Source: Candidatus Zhuqueibacterota bacterium (GTDB taxonomy: Bacteria > Zhuqueibacterota > Zhuqueibacteria > Thermofontimicrobiales > Thermofontimicrobiaceae). Taken from it: a stretch of DNA of 64,000 bases. The stretch covers positions 32,001-96,000 of the forward strand of contig JBMOPW010000034.1 of the NCBI GenBank assembly GCA_049322915.1, written 5' to 3'. The notes under the pieces are model-generated. The model had not been told where the DNA came from. It did no database searches and saw nothing but the letters and a program-made list of their open reading frames with translations. Every line of letters begins with the position of its first letter. Position 1 is the stretch's first letter. Below are positions 49,116 to 60,100 of this stretch, piece after piece. The position numbers were made by a program, and so were the translations under genes.

Positions 49116-49625
49116 ATTAAGAAAAAAGAAATTCGCATCAATGATCAAATTAAAGCCCCTAAAGTGAGGGTAATTGGTGCTGATGGAAAACAAATCGGAG
49201 TTCTGAGTATTGAAGAGGCCAACAAGGCAGCGATGGAAGCTGGAATGGACCTCATAGAGATAGTTCCAAATTCAAATCCCCCTGTTTGTAAGGTTATTGA
49301 TTATGGTAAGTTTAAATACGAACTGAGTAAAAAAGAAAAAATTGTAAAAAAACGTCAGCATGTTATCCAGCTAAAAGAAATTCGGTTAAGCCCTAAAACT
49401 GAAGGGCACGATATAGAATTTAAAATCAAGCACGCACGTAAGTTTATTGAACAAGGCAACAAAGTCAAATTAAACATTTTATTCAAAGGACGGCAGATAA
49501 CCCATCAGGAATTCGGGCGGCAACTCATGGAGAGAATCATCCAGGAGTTAGACGATATCGCCAAGATCGAGAGCCCGCCCCATATAGAGGGAAGAAATAT
49601 GGTTGCTGTCATTATTAAGAAATGA
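49116..49625 (+). CDS. infC: Translation initiation factor IF-3 (ATT start)
   Basis: GGAGG-6 nt-ATT, then [29 protein letters not shown]. Confidence 0.95.
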   Translation: MKKKEIRINDQIKAPKVRVIGADGKQIGVLSIEEANKAAMEAGMDLIEIVPNSNPPVCKVIDYGKFKYELSKKEKIVKKRQHVIQLKEIRLSPKTEGHDIEFKIKHARKFIEQGNKVKLNILFKGRQITHQEFGRQLMERIIQELDDIAKIESPPHIEGRNMVAVIIKK

Positions 49626-49647
49626 AATAATTTACGAGGAATACGTA

Positions 49648-49842
49648 ATGCCAAAAATGAAAAGTAAACGCGGAGCTGTCAAGCGTTTTCGAACAACGGG
49701 TTCCGGAAAAATTAAAAGATTCCATGCTTTTTCAAGCCATATTCTGACTAAAAAATCGAGAAAACGAAAACGAAATCTTCGTAAGCCAGGATTGATATCC
49801 AATTCAGAGGTCAGAAGAGTGAAACAATTGATTTTAGCTTAA
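49648..49842 (+). CDS. rpmI: 50S ribosomal protein L35
   Basis: [14 protein letters not shown]...[13 protein letters not shown]. Confidence 0.97.
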   Translation: MPKMKSKRGAVKRFRTTGSGKIKRFHAFSSHILTKKSRKRKRNLRKPGLISNSEVRRVKQLILA

Positions 49843-49856
49843 GATTTGGAGGGGCA

Positions 49857-50204
49857 ATGCCTAGATCAAAATATAGTGTTCCATCGAGAAATAAACGAAA
49901 GAAAATTCTGAAAGCCGCTAAGGGATATTATGGCGCAAAACATCGTCTCTTGTTATCTGCCAGAGAAGCGGTAGAGCGGGGACTTCTCTATTCTTATCGT
50001 GACAGAAGAAAAAGACCGGGACAGTTCCGGACATTGTGGATTACGCGGATTAATGCCGCTGTCAGAAATTATGGAATGTCCTATTCATCCTTTATGCACG
50101 CTTTAAAAAAGAACAACATTTTACTAGACAGAAAAGTCCTTGCCGACATGGCTGTGAACGATTCCAAAGGATTTGACAGTCTGGTCCAGAAAGTTATTTC
50201 ATAA
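49857..50204 (+). CDS. rplT: 50S ribosomal protein L20
   Basis: [29 protein letters not shown]. Confidence 0.98.
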   Translation: MPRSKYSVPSRNKRKKILKAAKGYYGAKHRLLLSAREAVERGLLYSYRDRRKRPGQFRTLWITRINAAVRNYGMSYSSFMHALKKNNILLDRKVLADMAVNDSKGFDSLVQKVIS

Positions 50205-50409
50205 CTAAACGTGGATTGTCTTCTTGAGTATGACTGGCAATCTAAATACGAAATATGTACGTACAATTCTGAATAATTTTCTGAAAATGTTTCTCCAAAT
50301 AAGTACAATTAAAGCAAGTATAAACGCTTTCATTTCCTTGCGTTTAATCGTTGCAAGCCAAGCACCCGGATGTTCTCTAATTTGATTTAGAAAAACTAAG
50401 TAAGAGTAT

Positions 50410-50706
50410 ATGATGTTCGGAGATCCTTCACCGGCCGATTATCCTGAAATCGAGAAATTGGAAGAGAAAGTAACCAGGCTCATCACGGTTGTTCAAAAAT
50501 TATATTCAGAAAATAAAGAAATAAAAAAGCGAAATGAGGATCTACTTCAACAAAGTCAAGAGCAGCAAACTCTTATAAATATGTTGAAAGAGCAATGCTA
50601 TAAGTTACAACATATTGAAGATAATACAAAAATTTACCAGGAACGGGAAGAGAATATCAGGAATAAAATTCAGCAAATGCTCAAGAAGCTCGAGAATTTG
50701 CAGTAA
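50410..50706 (+). CDS. Coiled-coil protein, ZapB-like
   Basis: All-helical heptads (LEEKVTRLI...IRNKIQQMLKKLE); position directly upstream of zapA. Confidence 0.65.
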   Translation: MMFGDPSPADYPEIEKLEEKVTRLITVVQKLYSENKEIKKRNEDLLQQSQEQQTLINMLKEQCYKLQHIEDNTKIYQEREENIRNKIQQMLKKLENLQ

Positions 50707-50784
50707 CTAAAAAATTGAACTGAATCAAAGTGCGTTTACAATTAACAAAAACGGTTGTATGTTTTAATAAAATATAGACGCTAA

Positions 50785-51093
50785 ATGAGCGATGAGTACA
50801 ACATACTCAAGGTCAATATTTACGGTACAGATTACCCGATTAAAGGAAATACGGATATAGAATATATTAAAAAAGTGGCGCAGTACGTAGATAAAAAAAT
50901 GAGAGAAGTCAACAAAAACATCTCCATCGATTCATCATTGAAAGTCTCCATTCTGGCCGCTTTGAATATAACCGACGAACTATTCCGAGAACGTGAAGAG
51001 AATGAGAAGAATTTATCAATTTTAAAAATCAAAGAACGATTAAAAAAATTGAACAATGACCTGGATGAATGTTTAAAATATTTTAAAGAATAA
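50785..51093 (+). CDS. zapA: Cell division protein ZapA
   Basis: VNIYGTDYPI, VAQYVDKKM, ILAALNITDELF. Confidence 0.92.
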   Translation: MSDEYNILKVNIYGTDYPIKGNTDIEYIKKVAQYVDKKMREVNKNISIDSSLKVSILAALNITDELFREREENEKNLSILKIKERLKKLNNDLDECLKYFKE

Positions 51094-51109
51094 AACGCAT
51101 CACTCTTTG

Positions 51110-51235
51110 GCTGAACCCTGATTTTTGTATATTTGTGACGCACATTTTAAATTGTAAACATAATCGTAGCAAAACTATTTTTTTTTACTACGCTGGACGA
51201 TGTGCTACAAATAACTAAAAACCAGGGTTTTTTGT
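51110..51235 (+). ncRNA. ssrS: Candidate 6S RNA
   Basis: Rod fold: AACCCTG/CAGGGTT, TATTTGTG/TACAAATA, GCACAT/ATGTGC, central bubble, CGTAG/CTACG; zapA-rny position. Confidence 0.5.
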
Positions 51236-51269
51236 TGACAATCAACTCACCCAAAAAATTGGAGGGGAG

Positions 51270-52829
51270 ATGGCAATATATTGGATTTTCGCCATTGTAG
51301 TAGTCGGCGTTTTGGCTTTTATCGGAGGCTGGCTCGCCAGCAAAAAGATTGGACAAACAAAAGTTGCCAACGCCGAAAAACTGGCGGAAAAGATAATCGA
51401 AGATGCAGAAAAAGTCGCTAAGACATTAAAGAAAGAAAAGCTTTTAGAAGTAAAAGATGAGTGGATCAAGTTAAAACAAAATTTTGAGAATGAGACAAAG
51501 TCACGACGCACTGAACTGTTGAAGATGGAAAAGCAGCTTGCAAATCGTGAAATTAATATGGATCGTAAAGTTGATCTATTGACCAACAAAGAAAAACACC
51601 TCAACCAATTGGAGAAAAATTTAAAGGATAAAGATTTTAAAATAGGTCGACTTGAAGCAGAGTTAGAGAAGACAATTTTAGAACAGAATGAAAAATTGGA
51701 GAAGATATCCGGCATCTCCAATGAGGAAGCCAAGCGAATTTTAATGGAGAATTTGATTGATAAGGCAAAACAAGAGGCAGCTCAAAAAATAAAGGAAATA
51801 AAAGATCAGGCAAGGCAAAACGCAACGCGCGAAGCGAAAGAAATCATCATTCAAGCTATTCAACGAACAGCAGCAGACCACTCAGTTGAAACAACGGTAT
51901 CTGTAGTCAATTTGCCAAATGATGAAATGAAAGGCAGAATCATCGGCCGTGAGGGAAGGAATATTCGTGCATTTGAGACGGCTACAGGCATTGAAGTAAT
52001 CGTCGATGATACGCCTGAAGCGGTTATCCTCTCTGGCTTTGATCCGTTTCGTCGGGAAATTGCCCGCGTGTCATTAGAAAAATTGATTACCGATGGTAGA
52101 ATTCATCCGGCGCGTATCGAAGAAGTTGTCGATAAAAGCCGGAAGGAATTGGAAGAAAAGATCATCGAAATTGGTGAACAGGCTCTGCTTGAAACCGGCG
52201 TCGGAAATATGCATATTGAACTGATCAAGCTGTTGGGTAAGCTCAATTATCGAACAAGTTATGGTCAAAATGTACTGCAACATTCAAAAGAAGTTTCCTG
52301 GTTAGCCGGCCTGATGGCTGCTGATCTGGGACTCGATGCAAATTTAGCAAAACGAGCTGCGCTGCTCCACGATATTGGTAAAGCTATCGATAAAACAACT
52401 GAAGGGACGCATACAGAAATTGGTACGGAGATTGCTAAAAAATACAAAGAGCATCCCATTGTAATTAATTCAATTGCCAGTCACCATGAGGATGTGGAAC
52501 CTATTTCGCCCATCAGCGTACTTGTACAGGCTGCCGATGCAATCTCCGGATCACGACCCGGCGCGCGACGCGAGACCCTGGAAGGGTATATCAAACGGTT
52601 AGAAAAATTGGAGCAATTGGCCGAATCATTCAATGGTGTTGTGAAAACCTATGCTATACAAGCCGGTCGCGAAGTTCGAGTCATGGTGGAATATGAGCAA
52701 GTCGATGACGCCATGGCCGATCAATTGGCTTCTGATATTGCACAAAAAATCCAGGACGAAATGGAATATCCCGGTCAAATAAAAGTCACAGTCATTCGAG
52801 AATACAGATCGATAGGCTATGCGAAATAA
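51270..52829 (+). CDS. rny: Ribonuclease Y
   Basis: N-terminal TM, coiled coil, KH (KGRIIGREGRNIR), HD (LLHDIGK), RPGARRE. Confidence 0.97.
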   Translation: MAIYWIFAIVVVGVLAFIGGWLASKKIGQTKVANAEKLAEKIIEDAEKVAKTLKKEKLLEVKDEWIKLKQNFENETKSRRTELLKMEKQLANREINMDRKVDLLTNKEKHLNQLEKNLKDKDFKIGRLEAELEKTILEQNEKLEKISGISNEEAKRILMENLIDKAKQEAAQKIKEIKDQARQNATREAKEIIIQAIQRTAADHSVETTVSVVNLPNDEMKGRIIGREGRNIRAFETATGIEVIVDDTPEAVILSGFDPFRREIARVSLEKLITDGRIHPARIEEVVDKSRKELEEKIIEIGEQALLETGVGNMHIELIKLLGKLNYRTSYGQNVLQHSKEVSWLAGLMAADLGLDANLAKRAALLHDIGKAIDKTTEGTHTEIGTEIAKKYKEHPIVINSIASHHEDVEPISPISVLVQAADAISGSRPGARRETLEGYIKRLEKLEQLAESFNGVVKTYAIQAGREVRVMVEYEQVDDAMADQLASDIAQKIQDEMEYPGQIKVTVIREYRSIGYAK

Positions 52830-52865
52830 AGTCTTCGTATTTGATATTTGTTCACCATTAATCCT

Positions 52866-53672
52866 ATGGATGATAATTTGAGTCATGCTAAAATAAACGT
52901 GCTTTTCATCGCAGATATCATCGGCAAGCCGGGACTTAAAATCGTTCAACAATCGGTCAATAATCTGATTGATAGGTATCGAATTGATTTTTGTATTGCT
53001 AATGGTGAAAACGGTGCCGCAGGGAAGGGATTAACTGAGGACATCGCGCAGGAATATTTTAAAAATGGCGTCCATGTGATTACGAGTGGCAATCATATTT
53101 TTGAAAAATTCGAAGCGCACAAATTGTTGAATACGAGTAACAGAGTGATTCGGCCACTCAATTATCCCAAAGGAGTGATCGGAAAAGGCTCTGTTATTTA
53201 TAAAATTTTTGATGATGTTCAGATTGCAGTGATAAATATTCAGGGACGGACTTTCATGTTTCCGATTGATTGTCCGTTCAACACGGTTAACGAAGAAATA
53301 AAAAAAGTCAGGATGGTCACTCCAATTATCATTGTTGATTTTCACGCAGAAGCCACTGCTGAAAAAATGGCAATGGGTTGGTATTTGGATGGAAAAGTGA
53401 GTGCGGTTATTGGAACGCATACTCATGTTCAAACTGCAGATGAAACGATTTTAGATCATGGCACTGCTTATATCACGGATGTCGGCATGACCGGTCCGTT
53501 TGATTCCGTTATTGGCATGAAAAAAGAGGTTGCGTTAAAACGTTTCATGCATCAAATTCCGGTGCGCTATCAACCAGCCGATTCGAAATTACGGTTCAAT
53601 GGTGTTATTATTCGTATTGATACAGAATCCGGTACGGCTGAAAAAATCGAACGATTGGTTTTTTCATTATAA
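52866..53672 (+). CDS. ymdB: TIGR00282/YmdB family metallophosphoesterase
   Basis: DIIG, NGEN, SGNH, DFHAEATAEK, GTHTH, TDVGMTG. Confidence 0.93.
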   Translation: MDDNLSHAKINVLFIADIIGKPGLKIVQQSVNNLIDRYRIDFCIANGENGAAGKGLTEDIAQEYFKNGVHVITSGNHIFEKFEAHKLLNTSNRVIRPLNYPKGVIGKGSVIYKIFDDVQIAVINIQGRTFMFPIDCPFNTVNEEIKKVRMVTPIIIVDFHAEATAEKMAMGWYLDGKVSAVIGTHTHVQTADETILDHGTAYITDVGMTGPFDSVIGMKKEVALKRFMHQIPVRYQPADSKLRFNGVIIRIDTESGTAEKIERLVFSL

Positions 53673-53691
53673 TTGGAAGAGGATGCCAGGA

Positions 53692-54579
53692 ATGTCCGCT
53701 CAAATTATCGATGGTAAGTTAATCGCTCAGGATATAAAAAATGAGTTGAGTGTTGAAGTTGAATTACTTGCCCAGAAAGGAGTTCAGCCTGGTCTTGCAA
53801 CGATTCTGGTTGGGGAAGATCCCGCTTCAGCGACATATGTAAGAATGAAAGAGAAAATGTGCGGTGATCTTGGAATGCTCACCAAAAGTTTTAAATTAGC
53901 GAAGGAAACTGGAGAAAAGGAGCTTCTTCAAATAATTCAAAAATTAGCTGATGATTCAACTGTTCATGGTATCTTAGTTCAACTCCCTCTGCCCAAACAC
54001 ATTGATGAACGAAAGATTATTCGTGCAATTCCGGTGAGTAAGGATGTTGATGGATTACATCCACTGAATTGGGGCAGGATGATGCTTGGAGAGGATACTT
54101 TTTTACCCTGTACACCAGCCGGCATTCAGGAATTATTACTCCGAAGTGGTAACAATCCGGAGCGGCACCATGTGGTTATCGTAGGCAGAAGCCAGATAGT
54201 TGGCTTGCCACTTGCAAATATATTGGTTCAAAAATCTCATGGCGCCAATGCCACTGTCACTATGTGCCACACAGGAACCAGGAGTTTGAAAGAAATTACA
54301 ACCACGGCAGACATCCTGATTGCTGCTATGGGGAAAGCTGAAGCGATTACGGCTGATATGGTCAGTGAAAAGTCAGTCGTGATTGATGTTGGTGTGAATA
54401 GGGTGGAAGCTCCAAATACTCAAAAGGGGTATATTCTGGTTGGGGATGTGAAATTCGAAGAGGTTGCCGCCAAGGTGAAGGCTATCTCGCCAGTGCCTGG
54501 TGGCGTTGGTCCAATGACAATAATTATGTTAATGAAGAATACAGTCAAATCTGCGAAAGCATTTAGCAATTCGTTATAA
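53692..54579 (+). CDS. folD: Bifunctional methylenetetrahydrofolate dehydrogenase/cyclohydrolase
   Basis: IIDGK, GILVQLPLP, KDVDG, PCTP, GRSQIVG, PVPGGVGPMT. Confidence 0.97.
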   Translation: MSAQIIDGKLIAQDIKNELSVEVELLAQKGVQPGLATILVGEDPASATYVRMKEKMCGDLGMLTKSFKLAKETGEKELLQIIQKLADDSTVHGILVQLPLPKHIDERKIIRAIPVSKDVDGLHPLNWGRMMLGEDTFLPCTPAGIQELLLRSGNNPERHHVVIVGRSQIVGLPLANILVQKSHGANATVTMCHTGTRSLKEITTTADILIAAMGKAEAITADMVSEKSVVIDVGVNRVEAPNTQKGYILVGDVKFEEVAAKVKAISPVPGGVGPMTIIMLMKNTVKSAKAFSNSL

Positions 54580-54583
54580 ATGT

Positions 54584-54657
<74 letters not shown>

Positions 54658-54773
54658 CTAACTTTTAAATTTTAATATTGTAATAATGTTGAAAATGTTC
54701 CTTTTTCGTCCCACTTGGTGTCCCAAAGATATTTTAAAGACGAGTATTTCTGTTAAAAGGTACCATAAGTTCC

Positions 54774-56156
54774 ATGCAGGAAAAGAAGATTCAAAAAACT
54801 GTAAATGCAACCATTGATCTCAGCGATATTGATTTTGATGAAGTGTCGATAGCAAAAATTGCACATCCGTTGGATGCAGAAACGAAAAAGTTTCTTTTAA
54901 AAAAAATATTGGGACTGGCTGATAGTTTTCAGGGCGCAATCGATTTATTCATTCAAGATCAAAGAGTCCATTTCCAATGGAACATGAATCATATAAATAT
55001 TCAGGCCGAAAATTTACATCGACACGCGATTCAGTTCGCTCGTAAAGGTGAATTAAATACGGCTCTTCAAAAATGGGAAGAGGCGACAAAAATCAATCCT
55101 TCTGATCCAGATTATTTTTTCAACTTGGGTGTTGTTTATTTTGAATTTAAAAAATATATAGAATCCATTGATTCGCTCACCAGAACCCTCGCTATTTGCC
55201 CCATCTATCATAAAGCGCATCTCATTTTAGGTACCGCTTATCTTAAAATCAGAAAATTCGAGAACGCAAAAAAGCACATTGAAAAGAGCTTGAAATTTAA
55301 TAAAAATAATTTAATGGCTTTATTGAATCTTGGTGCAGTTTATAGCATTTTAAAAGATTATAGAAATGGAATCATGATGTTCGAGATGGCAATTGAGAAG
55401 TCACCGGGAGAAGCAAGCGCCTATATGGGATTGGCGAAAATTTATTCGACGTTGGAGGATTCAGAGAAATCAAATTATTACTTCAAGAAAGTTATTGAGT
55501 TTGATAAAAAAGGAAACCTGGCAAACTACGCTAAAAGATCGATTATCACTCCTCAGATAAATCGACCAGACGATGATTCTGTCGAGTTGAGTTCTGAAAA
55601 TCCGGAAGATTATTATTCAGAAGGGTATAGAAACTATATTATTGCCGATTTCGATAAATCTGAAAAGCTATACAAAAAATATCTTACGCTCAAACCAGAC
55701 GATGATTATGTCTGGTATGCATTGGGAGAAGTTCAGTTGAGATTTGGAAAAGCTGAGTTGGCTGCTGAGTCGTTCAGAAAGGCAATAAAATTTTCACCTT
55801 CGAAAGGACTTTACTTCAAAGAATTAGCCATTGTATTTGATAAAGCTGAAAAATATGATAAGGTGATTGCCGCAATTGAGAAAGCAAAAGAATTGGGAAA
55901 AACGGATAGCATCACACTTTGCTTACATGGGAAAGCTTTGTATAAGACTAATAGGATTAATGAAGCTATACCTGTTTTAGAAGAGGCACTTCAGAAAAAT
56001 AAAAACAATCTATTGGCGAAATACTATTTATCAAAATCTCTTTTGAAAAACGAAGACATGGATGATGCTGCATGGTATTTGGAAGAAATATTGAATGCTC
56101 CCATGAATTCTCCGTTGAAACAGAAATCTGAATCACTACTTAAAGGTTTCAAATAA
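54774..56156 (+). CDS. Tetratricopeptide repeat protein (cytoplasmic, two TPR arrays)
   Basis: Multiple TPR motifs (FNLGVVY, LILGTAY, YALGEV); no signal peptide. Confidence 0.85.
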   Translation: MQEKKIQKTVNATIDLSDIDFDEVSIAKIAHPLDAETKKFLLKKILGLADSFQGAIDLFIQDQRVHFQWNMNHINIQAENLHRHAIQFARKGELNTALQKWEEATKINPSDPDYFFNLGVVYFEFKKYIESIDSLTRTLAICPIYHKAHLILGTAYLKIRKFENAKKHIEKSLKFNKNNLMALLNLGAVYSILKDYRNGIMMFEMAIEKSPGEASAYMGLAKIYSTLEDSEKSNYYFKKVIEFDKKGNLANYAKRSIITPQINRPDDDSVELSSENPEDYYSEGYRNYIIADFDKSEKLYKKYLTLKPDDDYVWYALGEVQLRFGKAELAAESFRKAIKFSPSKGLYFKELAIVFDKAEKYDKVIAAIEKAKELGKTDSITLCLHGKALYKTNRINEAIPVLEEALQKNKNNLLAKYYLSKSLLKNEDMDDAAWYLEEILNAPMNSPLKQKSESLLKGFK

Positions 56157-56200
56157 TTTATTCTTGTTCGTTGACTTATAATATATATTATGTAAACAAT

Positions 56201-57109
56201 CTACTCAATTTGAAGAGAAAAATCAAACACATGAGCCGAGTGTGTTATTTCACCAATGGAAATAAAATCCACGCCAGTATGATAGTAATCTAATAAATTG
56301 ACTGCATTGACTCCTCCAGATATTTCAACCTCACATTTTCTGTTTATTAGAATGACTGCCTGAGTTATCATTTCTAAAGGCATATTATCCAGCATAATTC
56401 GATCGACATTTACAGATAACGCCTCTTTTACGTCCTCCAAAGTTACCGTCTCAACTTCAATTTTCATATTAAGATGATGCTTCTTATTATAATTTTGGCA
56501 AGATTGAACCGCCTTTGTAATTCCACCAGCAGCAGCGATATGATTATCTTTGATGAGCATCATATCAAATAAACCAATGCGATGATTGAAGCCGCCACCT
56601 AATTTCACAGCATATTTGTCAAGATAGCGCCAGCCTGGACATGTTTTTCGCGTGTCTAATATTTTGATATTTGAACCCTCTAATTTTGAAACGTAGTGAT
56701 TCGTCATTGTGGATATTCCGCTTACTCGGGATAATAAATTTAGCGCAGTTCTTTCAGCAGTTAAAATACTCTCAGCATATCCATGAAGCGAAATCGCTGT
56801 ATCTCCTTTATTTATGTGGCTTCCTTCCTGGCTTTCAATTTTCACTTGAAGCGCTTCATCAACTACTTTAAAGGCCATATCAGCGACAAAGCCACCTGAA
56901 AAAATGCCATTTTGTTTTGCAATAATCCTGGCTGAACAATTCTCATTTTTGACATGCGTAGCTTTTGTAGTAACGTCCCCAAGTTTATCCAGATCCTCAC
57001 CTAAAGAGATATCAATCAGTCGATTGATTTCTTTGTAAAGATTCTCAATAAAATAGTCCTCAAATAATGATTTATCAATGAATTTTCTAAATTCGCTGAA
57101 GGTAATCAT
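56201..57109 (-). CDS. nadC: Nicotinate-nucleotide pyrophosphorylase (carboxylating)
   Basis: GDVTT, ERTALN, DTRKT, HRIGLFD, IKDNH, IMLDN, SGG. Confidence 0.96.
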   Translation of the reverse strand: MITFSEFRKFIDKSLFEDYFIENLYKEINRLIDISLGEDLDKLGDVTTKATHVKNENCSARIIAKQNGIFSGGFVADMAFKVVDEALQVKIESQEGSHINKGDTAISLHGYAESILTAERTALNLLSRVSGISTMTNHYVSKLEGSNIKILDTRKTCPGWRYLDKYAVKLGGGFNHRIGLFDMMLIKDNHIAAAGGITKAVQSCQNYNKKHHLNMKIEVETVTLEDVKEALSVNVDRIMLDNMPLEMITQAVILINRKCEVEISGGVNAVNLLDYYHTGVDFISIGEITHSAHVFDFSLQIE

Positions 57110-57118
57110 CTACTTCCC

Positions 57119-60100
57119 TTAATTTTTATTGACTAACAATCGATCAATTTCCTGTATTTTCTCAAGCGCTGGTTTTCCGAATACACTTTCAGCGCCCTGT
57201 TCCTGGACAATCTTTTCAAAAAGTTGTCTGCCATTTTCTGGTTGTGACAATTTCAAGTACGCTAATCCTGCTTTATACTGCGCTGTCACTCGATATTGAG
57301 GTAATAATTTTGTTGGTCTTGAAAGATAAACGATTTTTAGATATTCACTTATCGCTTTTAAATACTGTCCTTTTTCAAAATAGCATTCCCCTATCCAGAA
57401 TTGAATTCTTGGCTCATTCTCTAAATCAGCTTCAAGTTTTAAATTTTGAAATAGTTGAATGGCCTGATCGAACTCATTTATCTCGGAAAGAATGATTCCC
57501 ATTCTGACTTTTTTTTCAAAGACATCATCAGCCTCTGGATAGAGGTTGATGTAGCGGCGAATGAGAACAATCGCCTGGTCTCGCAGGCCCAAGTCTGTAT
57601 AACATTTGATGAGATTGTGCATCCCTAATTTTAAAGTGCTATCATCAATTTTTGGAAAATCAACAACCGTACGATACGCTAACATTGCATTCTCAACTTG
57701 ACGCGCCTGAAAGTAATAAAAATTCCCAAGTGTGATATAAACGTTAGGAAGAATGGGATCATTAGGATATTTGCTCATCATTTTTGTTAAAATTTCCAGC
57801 GCCTCATGGTCTTTATTCAATATGAAGTACAACTTACCTAATAAGTATTCCGCTTTTGCTCCATTCTCTAATGTTTTATATTTCGATCTCACGTTTTTAA
57901 AAATTTCCTCTGCCTGATCGAATATCTTGTTTGTTAAAAAGTAGTCCCCTTTTTCTAATTCTATATCCGATAATAAATTTTCTTCATCCTTGTAATTGCT
58001 CCGAAAAGTTTTAAAAAGCTGATCTCCAACCTGAATTTGTCCTAACCGATAATGACAAATTATAAGTTGTGCAGAAATTATTGCCTGTTTTTCTTTGCCA
58101 TTTGCATGTAACGATTGCTCTTTTTCATAATATCCAATCGCTTGTTCATATTTTCCTGCTTCAAAATACAAGTCCGCTATATTGTGAGCAGCAGCAGGCA
58201 TCAGATGACTCTGCGGAAAATTTTTTTCCAGTCGCAATAAATAATCGATCGCCTTATCTCTTTCCTGGGCTCTGAGTGTTGAATAAGTAGTGGCCAACGA
58301 GTACAGCACTTCATCGGCGAATTGGCCGTTTGGAAAGTGATGTAGATACTGTTGAAGATAATCCCGCGCTAGATCTTTCTTTTCGAGATTTATATAGCAT
58401 TCAGCAATTTCGACCATGGAATTCTGGAAGAGCGAATTGTTCTTCAGGGTATCATCTCCAATATTTTCTGGCTTTAGAAATTTTAAATAAATACTATTAA
58501 AATATTCTAATGCCTCTGAGTATTTTTTTTCAGTTTGGAGAAGCGCCCCTATTTTTAATCGGGCGCTATCCGCATAGCTGCTGTAAAAATGCCGACTTAA
58601 TATTTCTTCTAAAACACGCCTGGACTCAGCTAAGTCGCCTTTCTTTTCATGAATTTTTGCCAACTCAAAACGTACTTCACAAATTCTATGCGAACCCGGA
58701 TAAGTCGAGATAAATGATTCCAATTTTTTTTCAGCGGTTGAACTATTTCCCATTTGTAAAAACATCATAGCCTGACTAAATGCAGCATCGTCTTTCAATG
58801 AACTATTCGTTGAATTTATCAGAACACTTTCAAAGTAATTGTAGATTTCCATGCTATCAACCGATGATTTAAGTCCATCATGCAATAGCAAATTCCCCAA
58901 TTCGAAATTAATTTCTTCTCGGAAAGCGCTTTCTGGAAAATCCTGCAAGTACGAACGAAGCATTAACTTTTTATTTTGAGAATACAAGCTATCTTTGAAA
59001 TGCGCTGTTGTTTCAAAAATTTCAATTAAATGATATCGCGCTTTCACATTCCAGGAACTGGCGCTGTAACTTTCGGCCAAAAAATTAAATTTTGTCCTTG
59101 CACTGTCTAAATATTGCTCGTTATTTTCTATGTCTTTTAAACCAAATAGCTGATAAGAGCGAGCCCAGTAGTAATGCAATTCCTCCTGATTTAACTTTCG
59201 TGTTGAATCCAATGAATTGCATTCACTGAAAAGACGAATGCAAGTTTTATAGTCTTTGAATTGACTATAATTCATTACAGCTAATTGAAAGAGAAATTCC
59301 GGGTTTTTATTATTAGGAAGCGCAGCGAGCAAATCGCTGAATGCCTTTGTTGTTTCGCCATTGGTGGGAATGAAGTCCGAGATGTATTCGATTCGGCTGA
59401 TTGCCATATTCCATAAATCACTTGCCGGATACAATTGAAGAAACGTTCGGTAATCATTGAGCGCCTGAGAGTAATGCCCATTCTTCTCATGGCATCGTGC
59501 AATGGCATACCGTGCGTCATCGACAAAGACGCTCATCGGATAGAGATCAATGAAATCATAATAAATTCTAATGGCCCGCTCGATATCATTGAGCTTGGTT
59601 TCATAGAGATAGCCAATTTTAAATTCAAATTCATCGACACCGCGTTTACCTTTGTACATTTCAACATAGTTTTTCAGATACGATGCCGCCGATTGCGGCT
59701 GATTGATTTTCAGGAAATCATTGGAGATTCTCAAATAAGCCTGGGCGTGGAGCGAGTGCGACTCTGAGTCAACCTGAGCATAGTAATTATCAAAAACCTT
59801 TAAATAGGAATCGATCGCTTTGGAATAATCATTGAGATAATTATAATTTACGCCCATTTTGAAGTAGATCTTCAGTCGATTGAGCGTGTCGGATTTAGCG
59901 ACCATTTCATTATAAAGATTAATCGCTTCAGTATAATTCGTGAGCATTGTATAATTCTCTGCGCTGAGCATCATGCCCTTCAGGTCGTCTTTGAATTGAG
60001 ATATCTTATGCAGGTTCTCATTGGATTTACCATAGAGACCCTTTCGATGGAGTATTTCACCCATTTTTAAATAGGCGTGACTCAATGTATTTGAATATTT

